Source of the DNA: a virus
Virus record (IMG/VR): IMGVR_UViG_3300028840_001508
Location: 1-64,000 of that record
Reading direction: 5' to 3' (one strand)
DNA: 64,000 nucleotides
Each line of letters starts with the position of its first letter. Within the stretch, counting starts at the first letter, position 1. Position numbers and translations under genes: made by a program. The notes under the pieces are model-generated. The model searched no databases, was not told where the DNA came from, and was given only the letters and a program-made list of their open reading frames with translations. Of this stretch, positions 19,135 through 28,243 are shown one piece after another.

Positions 19135-19923
19135 ATGTCGAGAAATATAGAAGAACTGCTACAGACGGCGAAGGATGATGGCGTGCTTTCAGGTCAGTCA
19201 ATGCAGGCGCTAATGGTAGCAGATATAGGGCAGCAGATAGAGGCTGCGCTGGGCGTACCTGCAATGGAGATAGAGTCAAGCGAGGTGGTACTTGTTACTG
19301 TCATGGTAGACGACTCAGGATCTATCAAAGGGGCAGGAAATGAGCAGACTATGATAGACGGGCATAATTATGTCTATCAGACTATCATTGAGCGGTCGTC
19401 GAGAAAAGACAGCATCTTGGCGCATACACGGTATCTGAACGGCTTTGTGCTATTCGACTACAGGCCAATTATGGAAGCGGTCATGATGGATGACACGAAC
19501 TATGATGCCTGTCACGGTACGCCGCTGTATGATCAGTCGGTAGTCCTGCTGGGCACGGTAGTGGCAAAAGCGCAGGAGTTTGCAAATGAAGGTGTACCCG
19601 TGCGGACTATCACGCTCATCGCCACCGATGGACACGATGAACATTCCGTTAGTGCGACGCCAGCTAAGGTTGCCAGCATCGTCAACGACATGCTTATGCA
19701 GGAGACGCACATCGTGGCAGCTATGGGTATTGACGACGGCGGGAGGACGGACTTTGCTGTTGTGTTCAAGTCTATGGGACTCAGGGATCAGTGGATTCTC
19801 ACGCCGGATAATACACAGGATGAGATACTGAAAGCCTTCGCACTATTCAGCCAGTCAGCAGTGCAGGCAAGTCAAGGTGCTGGTAGTTTCAGCAAGACAT
19901 CTGTAGGCGGATTCGTGAAATGA
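19135..19923 (+). CDS. vWA-domain protein (TerY/YegL-like)
   Basis: MIDAS DDSGS, GTPLYD, IATDG. Confidence 0.8.
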   Translation: MSRNIEELLQTAKDDGVLSGQSMQALMVADIGQQIEAALGVPAMEIESSEVVLVTVMVDDSGSIKGAGNEQTMIDGHNYVYQTIIERSSRKDSILAHTRYLNGFVLFDYRPIMEAVMMDDTNYDACHGTPLYDQSVVLLGTVVAKAQEFANEGVPVRTITLIATDGHDEHSVSATPAKVASIVNDMLMQETHIVAAMGIDDGGRTDFAVVFKSMGLRDQWILTPDNTQDEILKAFALFSQSAVQASQGAGSFSKTSVGGFVK

Positions 19924-19931
19924 CAGGCGGT

Positions 19932-20015
19932 GGGGCGTTATCCAAGCGGTCAAAGGAGAGCGGCTGTAAACCGCTTGCTTCGGCTTCGCAGGTTCAAATC
20001 CTGCACGCCCCACCA
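19932..20015 (+). tRNA. tRNA-Tyr(GTA)
   Basis: Acceptor GGGGCGT/ACGCCCC, anticodon arm AGCGG-CTGTAAA-CCGCT, long variable arm, T arm GCAGG-TTCAAAT-CCTGC, encoded CCA. Confidence 0.95.
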
Positions 20016-20026
20016 GAAAGGAGCGT

Positions 20027-21007
20027 ATGATGCGAAAACTAGCAAGTATACAGGAAGTCATAGATATATCACCGATAGAAGGCGCAGATAAGATAGAAAC
20101 GGCGACGGTACTGGGCTGGCAATGCGTGGTGAAGAAGGGCGAACTGGAACCAGGCGATCTCGTGGTATTCTTCGAGATAGACACAGTTCTACCCGAAGCC
20201 GAGTGGTGTACATTCCTGGGAGAACACAAGCGGATCAAGACACGCAAATTCAGAGGGCAAGTATCACAAGGACTAGCGTTGCCGCTATCCACATTTCCTG
20301 AATATACGGACATGGAAGTAGGTACAGATCTATCTGAAGCCCTTGGCGTTGTCAAGTACGAGATCCCTGAACGGTTCAAAGTCGGTGATAACGCAGGGCC
20401 GTTTCCTTCGCATCTGGGTATATCCAAAACAGACGAAGTGCGAATCCAGTCAGAGCCAGGATTGCTTCATGAAATGGCGGGGTTGCCGTATGTAATCACG
20501 GAAAAGATAGATGGAACCAGTTGCACCATAGTCTTCAGTGAAGACGAGTTGATAGTAGCATCAAGCAACTGGGCAAAGAAGCCAGGGGATAATGTCTACT
20601 GGCGGATCGTAGAGAAGTATGACTTGCAGCGGCTTGTAGGTGCTGGTTTTGCTATTCAGGGAGAGATATATGGGCCGGGTATACAGAAGAATACATACGG
20701 AGCAAAGGAATTATCCCTGGCGGTGTTTGATGTGTTTGATATAAACATGGGAACCTATGTCTCACAAAATAAGGTTCAAACTTATGCTAAATATTTCGGA
20801 GTTTCTGTAGTTAATGATGTGACATGGGGCGAACGATTCGATATGGATATATCATATCTAGAAGCTTTATCAGAAGGATTCTATCCAAACGGCCATCAGC
20901 GGGAAGGAATAGTAATCAGACCTGTAAGGCCTATTCAGAGTGCTATATTGGGACGCAAGCTGTCATTCAAGTGCGTAAACAAGAAGTATTTGCTTAAGGG
21001 TGATTAG
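20027..21007 (+). CDS. ATP-dependent RNA ligase (DRB0094/Rnl2-like, N-terminal OB domain)
   Basis: RKLASI..PIEGADKIE, TEKIDGTS, QGEIYGPGIQKN, EGIVIR, SFKCVN. Confidence 0.9.
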   Translation: MMRKLASIQEVIDISPIEGADKIETATVLGWQCVVKKGELEPGDLVVFFEIDTVLPEAEWCTFLGEHKRIKTRKFRGQVSQGLALPLSTFPEYTDMEVGTDLSEALGVVKYEIPERFKVGDNAGPFPSHLGISKTDEVRIQSEPGLLHEMAGLPYVITEKIDGTSCTIVFSEDELIVASSNWAKKPGDNVYWRIVEKYDLQRLVGAGFAIQGEIYGPGIQKNTYGAKELSLAVFDVFDINMGTYVSQNKVQTYAKYFGVSVVNDVTWGERFDMDISYLEALSEGFYPNGHQREGIVIRPVRPIQSAILGRKLSFKCVNKKYLLKGD

Positions 21008-21008
21008 C

Positions 21009-21199
21009 ATGGCAGGCGGTGACAAGTGGCAAGAACCAGAAGACGAGGTACTTAGAGAAGGCGCAGGCTTGACGCTGGATGACCTGTGCGATGCTGTGAA
21101 TAGCTTGCGGCGTAGTCAGGGGATGGGGAACAGGTCAGAACAAGGGCGGCTGTAGGGGCGAGATGTCGGAAGCTGGGCGTGAGGTATAAGAAGGGGTGA
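21009..21199 (+). pseudogene. Small Myb/HTH-like protein broken by a frameshift in a G run
   Basis: KWQEPEDEVLRE in one frame, RTRAAVGARCRKLGV in another; junction at CAGGGGA near 21120. Confidence 0.45.
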
Positions 21200-21404
21200 A
21201 AATGTGGAAATAGGTCATCTAATACACTACAGGCACATTTTCAAGCAAGGCGGTGCTATTATGCAGATATGGACTCTGGACAATGGTTGGATGTTGGTAA
21301 CAGGTGATTGTCCTGTCTGCCAGATGTTTCCATGCGCTCATAACGACATTTCGGGTGATTGGGATAATATAGACGAGTAGAAGGAAAGCCAAGGAGGTAA
21401 GACA

Positions 21405-21713
21405 ATGACTATAATGGCAGTTATACCGATTACAAAGATACTCAAAGACATTTGCGGTAAAGAGGATGTTGATATACGCGAGTTATATTTCAGATCTGAG
21501 AATTGTTCGGACAAAGAGAGGGAATTGGTTATAGAGTATGAACAACCATATACAAAAAAATACGTTGTCACGCGGGCGGATATAGAGAAGCTGCAAAAGG
21601 AATTGTCTCGTTTACCTGGTGTAGGGGGTAATATAGACGGATATGCAGTTTGGTGGAGTGACGTTAGGGATGCTATAGATAGCTGGTTCAAAGGAATATG
21701 TAATCGATACTAG
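21405..21713 (+). CDS. Hypothetical protein
   Basis: AAGGAGGT RBS. Confidence 0.55.
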   Translation: MTIMAVIPITKILKDICGKEDVDIRELYFRSENCSDKERELVIEYEQPYTKKYVVTRADIEKLQKELSRLPGVGGNIDGYAVWWSDVRDAIDSWFKGICNRY

Positions 21714-21949
21714 ACGGGAAATAAGATAAATTCTATGAGTAAATATAGCGGTGTATTAAAAACATGCGAATATCTGATGGAACAAAACAAGCATATTGAG
21801 ACGAAGCTTGCTGAGAAGATGCGGCGGCTGGCGGCGAAGCGTGCGGGAGAATATAAACGCTGTCAAAGGATACTTCGCTACATAGATAAAACTGAATAGA
21901 TAGACACAATCTGTCTGGCCGATAGGCCAGTGGTCATGCCGAGTTTGCT

Positions 21950-21993
21950 AAGGGCTACAGGTACACAATACAAGTATCTGTAGCCTTTTTTTT
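21950..21993 (+). terminator. Intrinsic terminator at the end of the early region, immediately before the sigma4 gene RBS
   Basis: AGGGCTACAGGTAC / GTATCTGTAGCCTT stem followed by a T-run. Confidence 0.8.
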
Positions 21994-22007
21994 GTTGGAG
22001 GTATACC

Positions 22008-22226
22008 ATGAATTATGACATAACGACATACGAATTTGAGGATCCTGACCTGAAAGCAGCGGCGAATATGCTGGATGAAAGACAACGGGCGATACTGATA
22101 TTGTACCTGATGGGACATAGACAGGTGGACATAGCGCGGTGCTGCCATATATCACGGTCAATGATAAGCAAGGAGTTTTTAGCGATACAGGTATATTTGA
22201 GGAGGCGACTTGCCAATGGATTCTGA
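22008..22226 (+). CDS. Stand-alone sigma70 region 4-like HTH protein
   Basis: LDERQRAILILYLMGHRQVDIARCCHISRSMISK is a canonical sigma4 HTH pattern; GGAGGT RBS. Confidence 0.75.
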   Translation: MNYDITTYEFEDPDLKAAANMLDERQRAILILYLMGHRQVDIARCCHISRSMISKEFLAIQVYLRRRLANGF

Positions 22227-22554
22227 GTCTTTTGATAAAGGTATCTGCGCCATAGCGGGAAAGCTTGGTCACGGTGACAGGTTTCTTGCTGAGGAGTTAA
22301 GGTGCGAGATGCATATAGCGATACTGGAGATGGAAGAAGGGTGGGAAAGAGGCTACTACTTTCGTGCGGCTAAGAACAGGGCTATAGACTACTTAAGGTC
22401 AAAACGATGGAATTACAGCTACGATGATCAGTTTCAGCATCAATCATTTGACGGTATGCTGCAAGCTGGTTTCCAGATAGATACAGAGGGAAATTTATAC
22501 CTCCCTGATCATTTCGTGCTGTTAGAAACGGTAGAGGATGAAGAAAAGTTGTAA
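22216..22554 (+). CDS. Stand-alone ECF sigma region 2-like protein
   Basis: IAGKL..DRFLAEEL..E..IAILE and YYFRAAKNRAIDYLR match the AEDL.QE and W..RIARN..IDYLR sigma2 motifs; overlaps the previous gene. Confidence 0.65.
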   Translation: MDSESFDKGICAIAGKLGHGDRFLAEELRCEMHIAILEMEEGWERGYYFRAAKNRAIDYLRSKRWNYSYDDQFQHQSFDGMLQAGFQIDTEGNLYLPDHFVLLETVEDEEKL

Positions 22555-22734
22555 ATTTTTTGATGCGTGACCTCGCTTATACAAGTGAAGACAATAAGGC
22601 GGCCTAGCGGTGGGTAAATAAGGCCTTATATAAGCCGCCATCATATAGCGCGGGCAGGACTATCAAAAAGCCTTCTCCTCTCCACTTCCCTATTATTCAA
22701 GGCTAAGCCTTGCCCGCTAACCTCATGAGGATAT

Positions 22735-23211
22735 ATGCATAGACTGTTTCCATGCCTGATATTACTTCTGTGCGCTAGTTGCGCTATACCCACAGAAGAC
22801 ATAGACTCCCGCCATGTATTCACCCAAACTGAAGTTAGAAACGCCATCACAAGCCAAATACGAAGCCCATATTTAACAGTAGAGCTATACGATTGGCGAT
22901 ACCTTGGTTACACAAGGGAAGAGTTATACGACATACTAGCAGGCTTTGAACCAGTGCAGGATGTCAGATTCATTTCAGATTATCGGGACTGTGACAACTT
23001 CGCATGGTTCTTGCGCGGCAATATCACTTTTCTCTATCCGGGTATCCTCTTCGGGCTGGTGGAATACAGGGTTGCGGCGGGTAGAGCACCTCACCTGGCA
23101 AACGTGTTTTTGGATACCAATTTAGATGTTTATATACTGGATTTCAAGCAGACGGGCAACATACTGTGGGACGTTGACCCGTCATTTTTGTATTACAAGG
23201 TGGAGATATGA
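22735..23211 (+). CDS. Lipoprotein with papain/transglutaminase-like Cys-His domain
   Basis: LLLCASC lipobox-like signal; DCDNFA and PHLAN motifs. Confidence 0.6.
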   Translation: MHRLFPCLILLLCASCAIPTEDIDSRHVFTQTEVRNAITSQIRSPYLTVELYDWRYLGYTREELYDILAGFEPVQDVRFISDYRDCDNFAWFLRGNITFLYPGILFGLVEYRVAAGRAPHLANVFLDTNLDVYILDFKQTGNILWDVDPSFLYYKVEI

Positions 23212-23507
23212 TGGGTTTAGTAGCATTGCTAGTTGTATTAGCTTTCGCTGCATGGATAGGGCGACGGACGTGGAAAAAGCGTAAGAAATAGCGGCCAGGG
23301 CATAGCCTGGCATTGATGGGTTTGGTGCAGGTCTTCCCAGAAAAATGTCTGCTTTGGCGGCTGCCTTTTCAGGATATAAGATGCGCGCTGGGCAGCCGCC
23401 GCCAACTGTAACGTATATGTAACACGTGTAAAGAAAAGATGACAGTCGGGCGGTGTGGGCGCAAGCCCTTTCCTTAGCGCCGCCCATACTCACTAAGGAG
23501 AGTAAAG

Positions 23508-24869
23508 ATGATAACTAAAGTAGACTTGTTCAACCAAATAGGTAATGCAGAATCACGTTTGATAAATACTTCGGACTTGGAATTCAAAAACAAGTTGTAT
23601 AGTCGTACATCTGGACTAGATCAACTAGCAGTAATTGACTATAGCAAAAAGATAGCAACTATGCCGCCAATTACGGTAAACCAAGACAATATTATAATCG
23701 ACGGCGTTCACCGTTATCATGCAGCACTCAAAGCAGAGCAAGAACAGATATTCGCCAAAACTGTGAATATAGCAGAAGGTGATATAAAGCTTGCCGGGTT
23801 GATGATAGATCTATTGAGTGGAATAAGGCATCCCGAAAAAGATGTCAAATCACTTTGTATAGAACTATGGCAGCCAGATCCGCAATATAACCTGAAACTC
23901 TGGAATGAATTGGATGTACCAGATAGAACAGGCTATGAATGGACTACCGATATAAGAAAGTCAAGGCGGAAAGAGACAAACGAAGCCATAGCCCATGCGC
24001 TACTTAATCCACTCAAAAATCAGCAGCAGATAGCTGATGAGTTTGGAGTCGTACGCGAGACCATTAACCGCTTGAAAAGTGCGATATGTGACAAAATTGC
24101 GGACATTGCAAAACTGTCACTTTTGTCCCAAAATGAGCATGAAACAGAATTGGCTACAATAATTGAATCTCTAAAGGCAGACGATCTGGATTTCTTAGAG
24201 GAATATGCCAGTTTCGAGCCGTTTATCTATAACATTTTCAATCAACAGAATGCTGATGCTGCTAACGATTATTATGGTCAATTCCCGCTAAACTTCATGA
24301 AGAATTTGCTTTACTACCACACTGAACCATTTGATTTTGTATATGACCCTTTTGTTGGTGGGGGTACAAGTATAGACGCTTGCGAGTTCATGTTCCGTCA
24401 ATGGTATGGTTCTGACTTACATCCGCAAGCGCATAGGGCTAATGAGATAGCTGAATGGAATATAGCGGATGGATTACCTGAGATACCCAAACCTGATTTG
24501 GTATTTCTAGATCCTCCATATTGGCGACAAGCCTCTGGTAAATACTCAGATGATTCGAGAGACTTGGGCAATCAAGAATTGGGGCTATTCTATAATTTGC
24601 TGGAATCTTTTATAAAGTGTTTACATACGAAGAGAGTACCTTGCATAGCACTGGTAATATCGCCTACGCAGTATCCAAATGATGAGCACATTTTAGAAGA
24701 TCATATATTTAGAATAGCAAGAATGTTCTCAGATAAATATAAGATAGAAATGCGATATAGTTTGCCATACAGCACGCAGCAATACAATGGCAATCAGGTC
24801 AACATAATGAAAAAGGAGAAGAAACCTATAACACTGCTTAGAGACTTGGTTGTCTGGAGGCGTATATAA
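23508..24869 (+). CDS. ParB-N / HTH / amino (N6A or N4C) DNA methyltransferase fusion
   Basis: IIDGVHRY (ParB), QQQIADEFGVVRETINR (HTH), YDPFVGGGTS (SAM), VFLDPPYW (catalytic). Confidence 0.85.
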   Translation: MITKVDLFNQIGNAESRLINTSDLEFKNKLYSRTSGLDQLAVIDYSKKIATMPPITVNQDNIIIDGVHRYHAALKAEQEQIFAKTVNIAEGDIKLAGLMIDLLSGIRHPEKDVKSLCIELWQPDPQYNLKLWNELDVPDRTGYEWTTDIRKSRRKETNEAIAHALLNPLKNQQQIADEFGVVRETINRLKSAICDKIADIAKLSLLSQNEHETELATIIESLKADDLDFLEEYASFEPFIYNIFNQQNADAANDYYGQFPLNFMKNLLYYHTEPFDFVYDPFVGGGTSIDACEFMFRQWYGSDLHPQAHRANEIAEWNIADGLPEIPKPDLVFLDPPYWRQASGKYSDDSRDLGNQELGLFYNLLESFIKCLHTKRVPCIALVISPTQYPNDEHILEDHIFRIARMFSDKYKIEMRYSLPYSTQQYNGNQVNIMKKEKKPITLLRDLVVWRRI

Positions 24870-25708
24870 TGTCATATATAAAACAGATTCTTGATGAATG
24901 CTATCTACAGTTCCAGGATATTTTAAGGCCGGAAAATTATCGCGAATTAATAGAACGTATAATTTTTCTGAATAAGGGAAATCAGCCAGAGTATTCGCCT
25001 CATACGGATATAGTTGAAAATGTAAGAACAGCAATGGATAGTGATTACAGGTTTGTTCGATTGGGTATCAATGGCAAATTCGGGTTGAGGGAATGGTATG
25101 CCCATGCAAGGCAGCTTATACTACCAGGGATGGCATGGGATGGTAAAGTTACTATACATGGGAATATAGAAATAGCAAGAGATGCGGCTATAGAAGCTAA
25201 GCAGCGGCAGCGATATATGCTGAATAAATATAATGATGGAGATATAGTACATTTCTCCAAGATATTAGATGGCTTCATTATTGAGCATCATCTAAAGGCG
25301 TTTTTCCAGAGATTATATGGTCGATACTATATACCACCAGCGAATGAGGGAATTTATGATAAACCATGTTTTGATGATTGGATAGTAAAAATAGACACGA
25401 CCGTGTTTCGATTCGATGCTAAAAAGATGGGTCATGAACGGGATTCGTGGGTGGAGAAGAGTAGAACTAACGATATGCGTTTTTTTGTAATAGGGGAGAT
25501 AAGTAATGGTAATATAGTAATAGATGGATTCACTACATCATTACAGTTGAAAGCTGATGCGAAGAGCATTACCCGTTATTTCATTCTATCTGAGGATAAA
25601 CTTATTCCCGCTAAGCTACTACTTGTTTTGATGAATCATTTGATAGCAAATGATATAAGAGACTTGGCTTCACAACTGGAGCATGATCAGTATATTGCTG
25701 CAAAGTAA
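24869..25708 (+). CDS. Putative HARE-HTH plus PD-(D/E)XK restriction-endonuclease-like protein
   Basis: DYRFVRLGINGKFGLREWY resembles the RNAP-delta/HARE-HTH signature; E...CFDD...FDAKK catalytic pattern; coupled to the MTase stop. Confidence 0.55.
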   Translation: MSYIKQILDECYLQFQDILRPENYRELIERIIFLNKGNQPEYSPHTDIVENVRTAMDSDYRFVRLGINGKFGLREWYAHARQLILPGMAWDGKVTIHGNIEIARDAAIEAKQRQRYMLNKYNDGDIVHFSKILDGFIIEHHLKAFFQRLYGRYYIPPANEGIYDKPCFDDWIVKIDTTVFRFDAKKMGHERDSWVEKSRTNDMRFFVIGEISNGNIVIDGFTTSLQLKADAKSITRYFILSEDKLIPAKLLLVLMNHLIANDIRDLASQLEHDQYIAAK

Positions 25709-25919
25709 TATGCCAAATATACCCATATACGTACAAATATGAACAACTCCATGCCAAAAACTCACTCACAAACTAGCGAAACTCGCTATAATCTGGCATA
25801 GAATAAGCCACTTTCGCAAAGCCAGTATCCATGCGGGTTTAGAGAGATGGTTGCTCTGCATAATTCCCCTATTATAGGGCCTCTACAAATGTATTGACAA
25901 TTCAGCAAGAGGACATAAT

Positions 25920-26426
25920 ATGGCAGTATATTTTATACGTTCTGAGGAATATATCAAAATAGGACATGCAGTAGATGTAAATAGTCGCTTGGTGGAATTA
26001 CAGGTAGGCTCGCCAATAGAATTAGAACTATTAGGAACTATTACTTCTGATGATGACTTAGAAATGGAAACAGTCTTACATAATTTATTTTCAGATAACC
26101 ATGTGAGGGGGGAATGGTTTAGGGTATGTTCTGAAATATATGATTATCTGGAACAAAAATGCATTATTGACCCAGTAGAACATAAGCCAAAGCAGGAAAT
26201 CTGGTATACATCTAAAAAGCAACTACGGGAAAAGTTTCCTCCTATAAATGTAATAGATAGAGGTGCACCTCTATCACCCGAGTTAGAGGCATGGTTAGCA
26301 GAACAACGATATTTTATAGATAAGATGAGAGAAGATGTAGATCAGGCAGGCGGCTTTAATCGGCAGAAGCATATGGCGCAAATTCACAAACAGCCAGAGC
26401 AACTAGCTTTCGCTTTTGCATCATAG
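25920..26426 (+). CDS. GIY-YIG (T5orf172/MUG113-like) protein
   Basis: VYFI..YIKIG..RL..LQVGSP..E..LH..RGEWF. Confidence 0.85.
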   Translation: MAVYFIRSEEYIKIGHAVDVNSRLVELQVGSPIELELLGTITSDDDLEMETVLHNLFSDNHVRGEWFRVCSEIYDYLEQKCIIDPVEHKPKQEIWYTSKKQLREKFPPINVIDRGAPLSPELEAWLAEQRYFIDKMREDVDQAGGFNRQKHMAQIHKQPEQLAFAFAS

Positions 26427-26463
26427 ATGCGCACATATACATTAACTAACAGGTGTTAAGTAA

Positions 26464-26823
26464 ATGTATCTCTACAAAGTAAGCTTCTCAGACTATGATT
26501 GGTGTTCACAATACGAGTTAACGCACAGCAAGTTATTCACACAAGAGCAGTTCGACGCCATGATCATCGAGGCGTCCCTTGCGATAGTGAAGCAGAAGAA
26601 GGCAGTAAAGGATTCTCTCCATGACTTTGGTGACATTATCTGGGAAGTAGTCAACTATCTGAGAGAAAAGTATGGCTTTGTGAAGATAGAGTATGATGCT
26701 GTCTGGGATTGTCAAGGCGACTCGATGTTTACGAGGCATGACGAGATAGTGAAGTGGGACAGAACCAATACCCTTGCGGAAGCGATGATAGAAGCTGGTT
26801 ATGTGCCAGCGGGAGGTGACTGA
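26464..26823 (+). CDS. Hypothetical protein
   Basis: 119 aa ORF. Confidence 0.55.
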   Translation: MYLYKVSFSDYDWCSQYELTHSKLFTQEQFDAMIIEASLAIVKQKKAVKDSLHDFGDIIWEVVNYLREKYGFVKIEYDAVWDCQGDSMFTRHDEIVKWDRTNTLAEAMIEAGYVPAGGD

Positions 26824-27019
26824 TGAATGTCGTTAAGCCAGGTCAGGTGCATTCACCAGATACTCCGATCACAATCGCACATTCAGGGCTTCGGTAACTG
26901 CCGCACATGCACACACGACGAGGGGAACAAGCACTGCCGCTACTACGCACCAGCGAGGTGGCGGCTGTACGAGGTTAAAGACAAGGGAACAGTTTCACAG
27001 AACTAATGGAGGATAAATT

Positions 27020-27547
27020 ATGTTTGATGACAAAGACGCAGAACTAATAACACAAGCAGTATTGCAAGCGTTGAAAACCCATAGTGTCGCAGCTGATGAA
27101 ACGCTGTTGACGGCACAGCATAACATAGAGGACATAGGCGGCGGAGAAACGCTGCAAAAGGAGCTTATCGAAGGCTCTGGGTTACGCTTTGCAAACAACA
27201 AGCGGACTGCTGACGAATATCAGCAAGTCTCGCTAGATGGCACACGCCAGAACAGGGTACATTTTGACAAGCTTATCTCAGATCACCAGGCCCATGATGC
27301 AGCCCTGCGCAACGCTTCCCTCATAGCATTAACTAATGCTATAGAGAGCGGGAATCTGAGAACGAAGGACATCCTGGAATCCGCTAACATGGTAGGTAAG
27401 CAGGCCGTTAGACATGCTGATTTAGCTATTGACCGTCAATGGAACGTCGATGAGCAGACCTGGTCTGTTGAGAAAATAGTGAGAAGTAGCGTATTTAATG
27501 ATGCTGTAGCTGCGATAGTTGCAAAAGCTCTAGGTAAAGACGAGTAA
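27020..27547 (+). CDS. Helical hypothetical protein
   Basis: GGAGG RBS; followed by a GC-rich hairpin at about 27570-27605. Confidence 0.65.
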   Translation: MFDDKDAELITQAVLQALKTHSVAADETLLTAQHNIEDIGGGETLQKELIEGSGLRFANNKRTADEYQQVSLDGTRQNRVHFDKLISDHQAHDAALRNASLIALTNAIESGNLRTKDILESANMVGKQAVRHADLAIDRQWNVDEQTWSVEKIVRSSVFNDAVAAIVAKALGKDE

Positions 27548-27622
27548 GATAGACAACTAACTGTTCCCTTCCCGGTTGCGCTGACTGCTGGTTGGCGCAG
27601 CCGGGCTTGATGAAGGTGACTT

Positions 27623-28243
27623 ATGACTGACAGCAACATCCCCCGAAAACTAGACTGGCAGGAAGTACCCATAGACGACATCCAGCCATACCCGCGCAAC
27701 CCGAAGGCGCACGGCCAAGAGCAGATAGAGTTCGTGGCGCACCTGCTACAGACCTATGGCTGGACGCAGCCGATATGCCTTGACAAGAACAACGAGATTA
27801 TCTTCGGGCATTGCAGGCTTGAATCTGCGAAGCTGCTTGGGGAGACTACGGTTCCATGCGTATTCCGTGAGGACTTGACTGAGGCGCAGGTGAAGGCATT
27901 ACGGATAGCGGATAACAAGAGCAATGAATCACCGTGGATAAACAGCAAGCTTGACCTGGAACTGGTGGAATTGCAGGCATTGGACGTGAAGCTGGAGGAT
28001 GTGGGGTTTAAGGTTGAGGATACGGGGAAGCTGCAAAATCCCAGTGAATTCTGGGAAAATATGCCTGGGTTTGAACAAGAAGATGCCGGAGCATACAAGA
28101 CAATAAAAGTACATTTCCAGACATCAGATGATATAGATAAATTTGCAAACTTGATAGGGCAAAAGATTACAGAGAGAACGAAGTACGTTTGGTTTCCCAA
28201 GTTAGAAAATAAAAAATTTGGATACGTTGATGATGAATCCTAA
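27623..28243 (+). CDS. ParB/Srx N-terminal-domain protein
   Basis: PYPRNPK, YGWTQPI, IIFGHCRL, ALRIADNK. Confidence 0.85.
   Translation: MTDSNIPRKLDWQEVPIDDIQPYPRNPKAHGQEQIEFVAHLLQTYGWTQPICLDKNNEIIFGHCRLESAKLLGETTVPCVFREDLTEAQVKALRIADNKSNESPWINSKLDLELVELQALDVKLEDVGFKVEDTGKLQNPSEFWENMPGFEQEDAGAYKTIKVHFQTSDDIDKFANLIGQKITERTKYVWFPKLENKKFGYVDDES

Noticed and set aside
19932-20015. tRNA genes as prophage attachment sites
   Set aside because: Both tRNAs are internal to phage operons, with no duplicated 3' ends or integrase in the window
25895-25920. TTGACA...CATAAT as a promoter for the GIY-YIG gene
   Set aside because: Spacer is only 14 bp and the -10 overlaps the RBS/start
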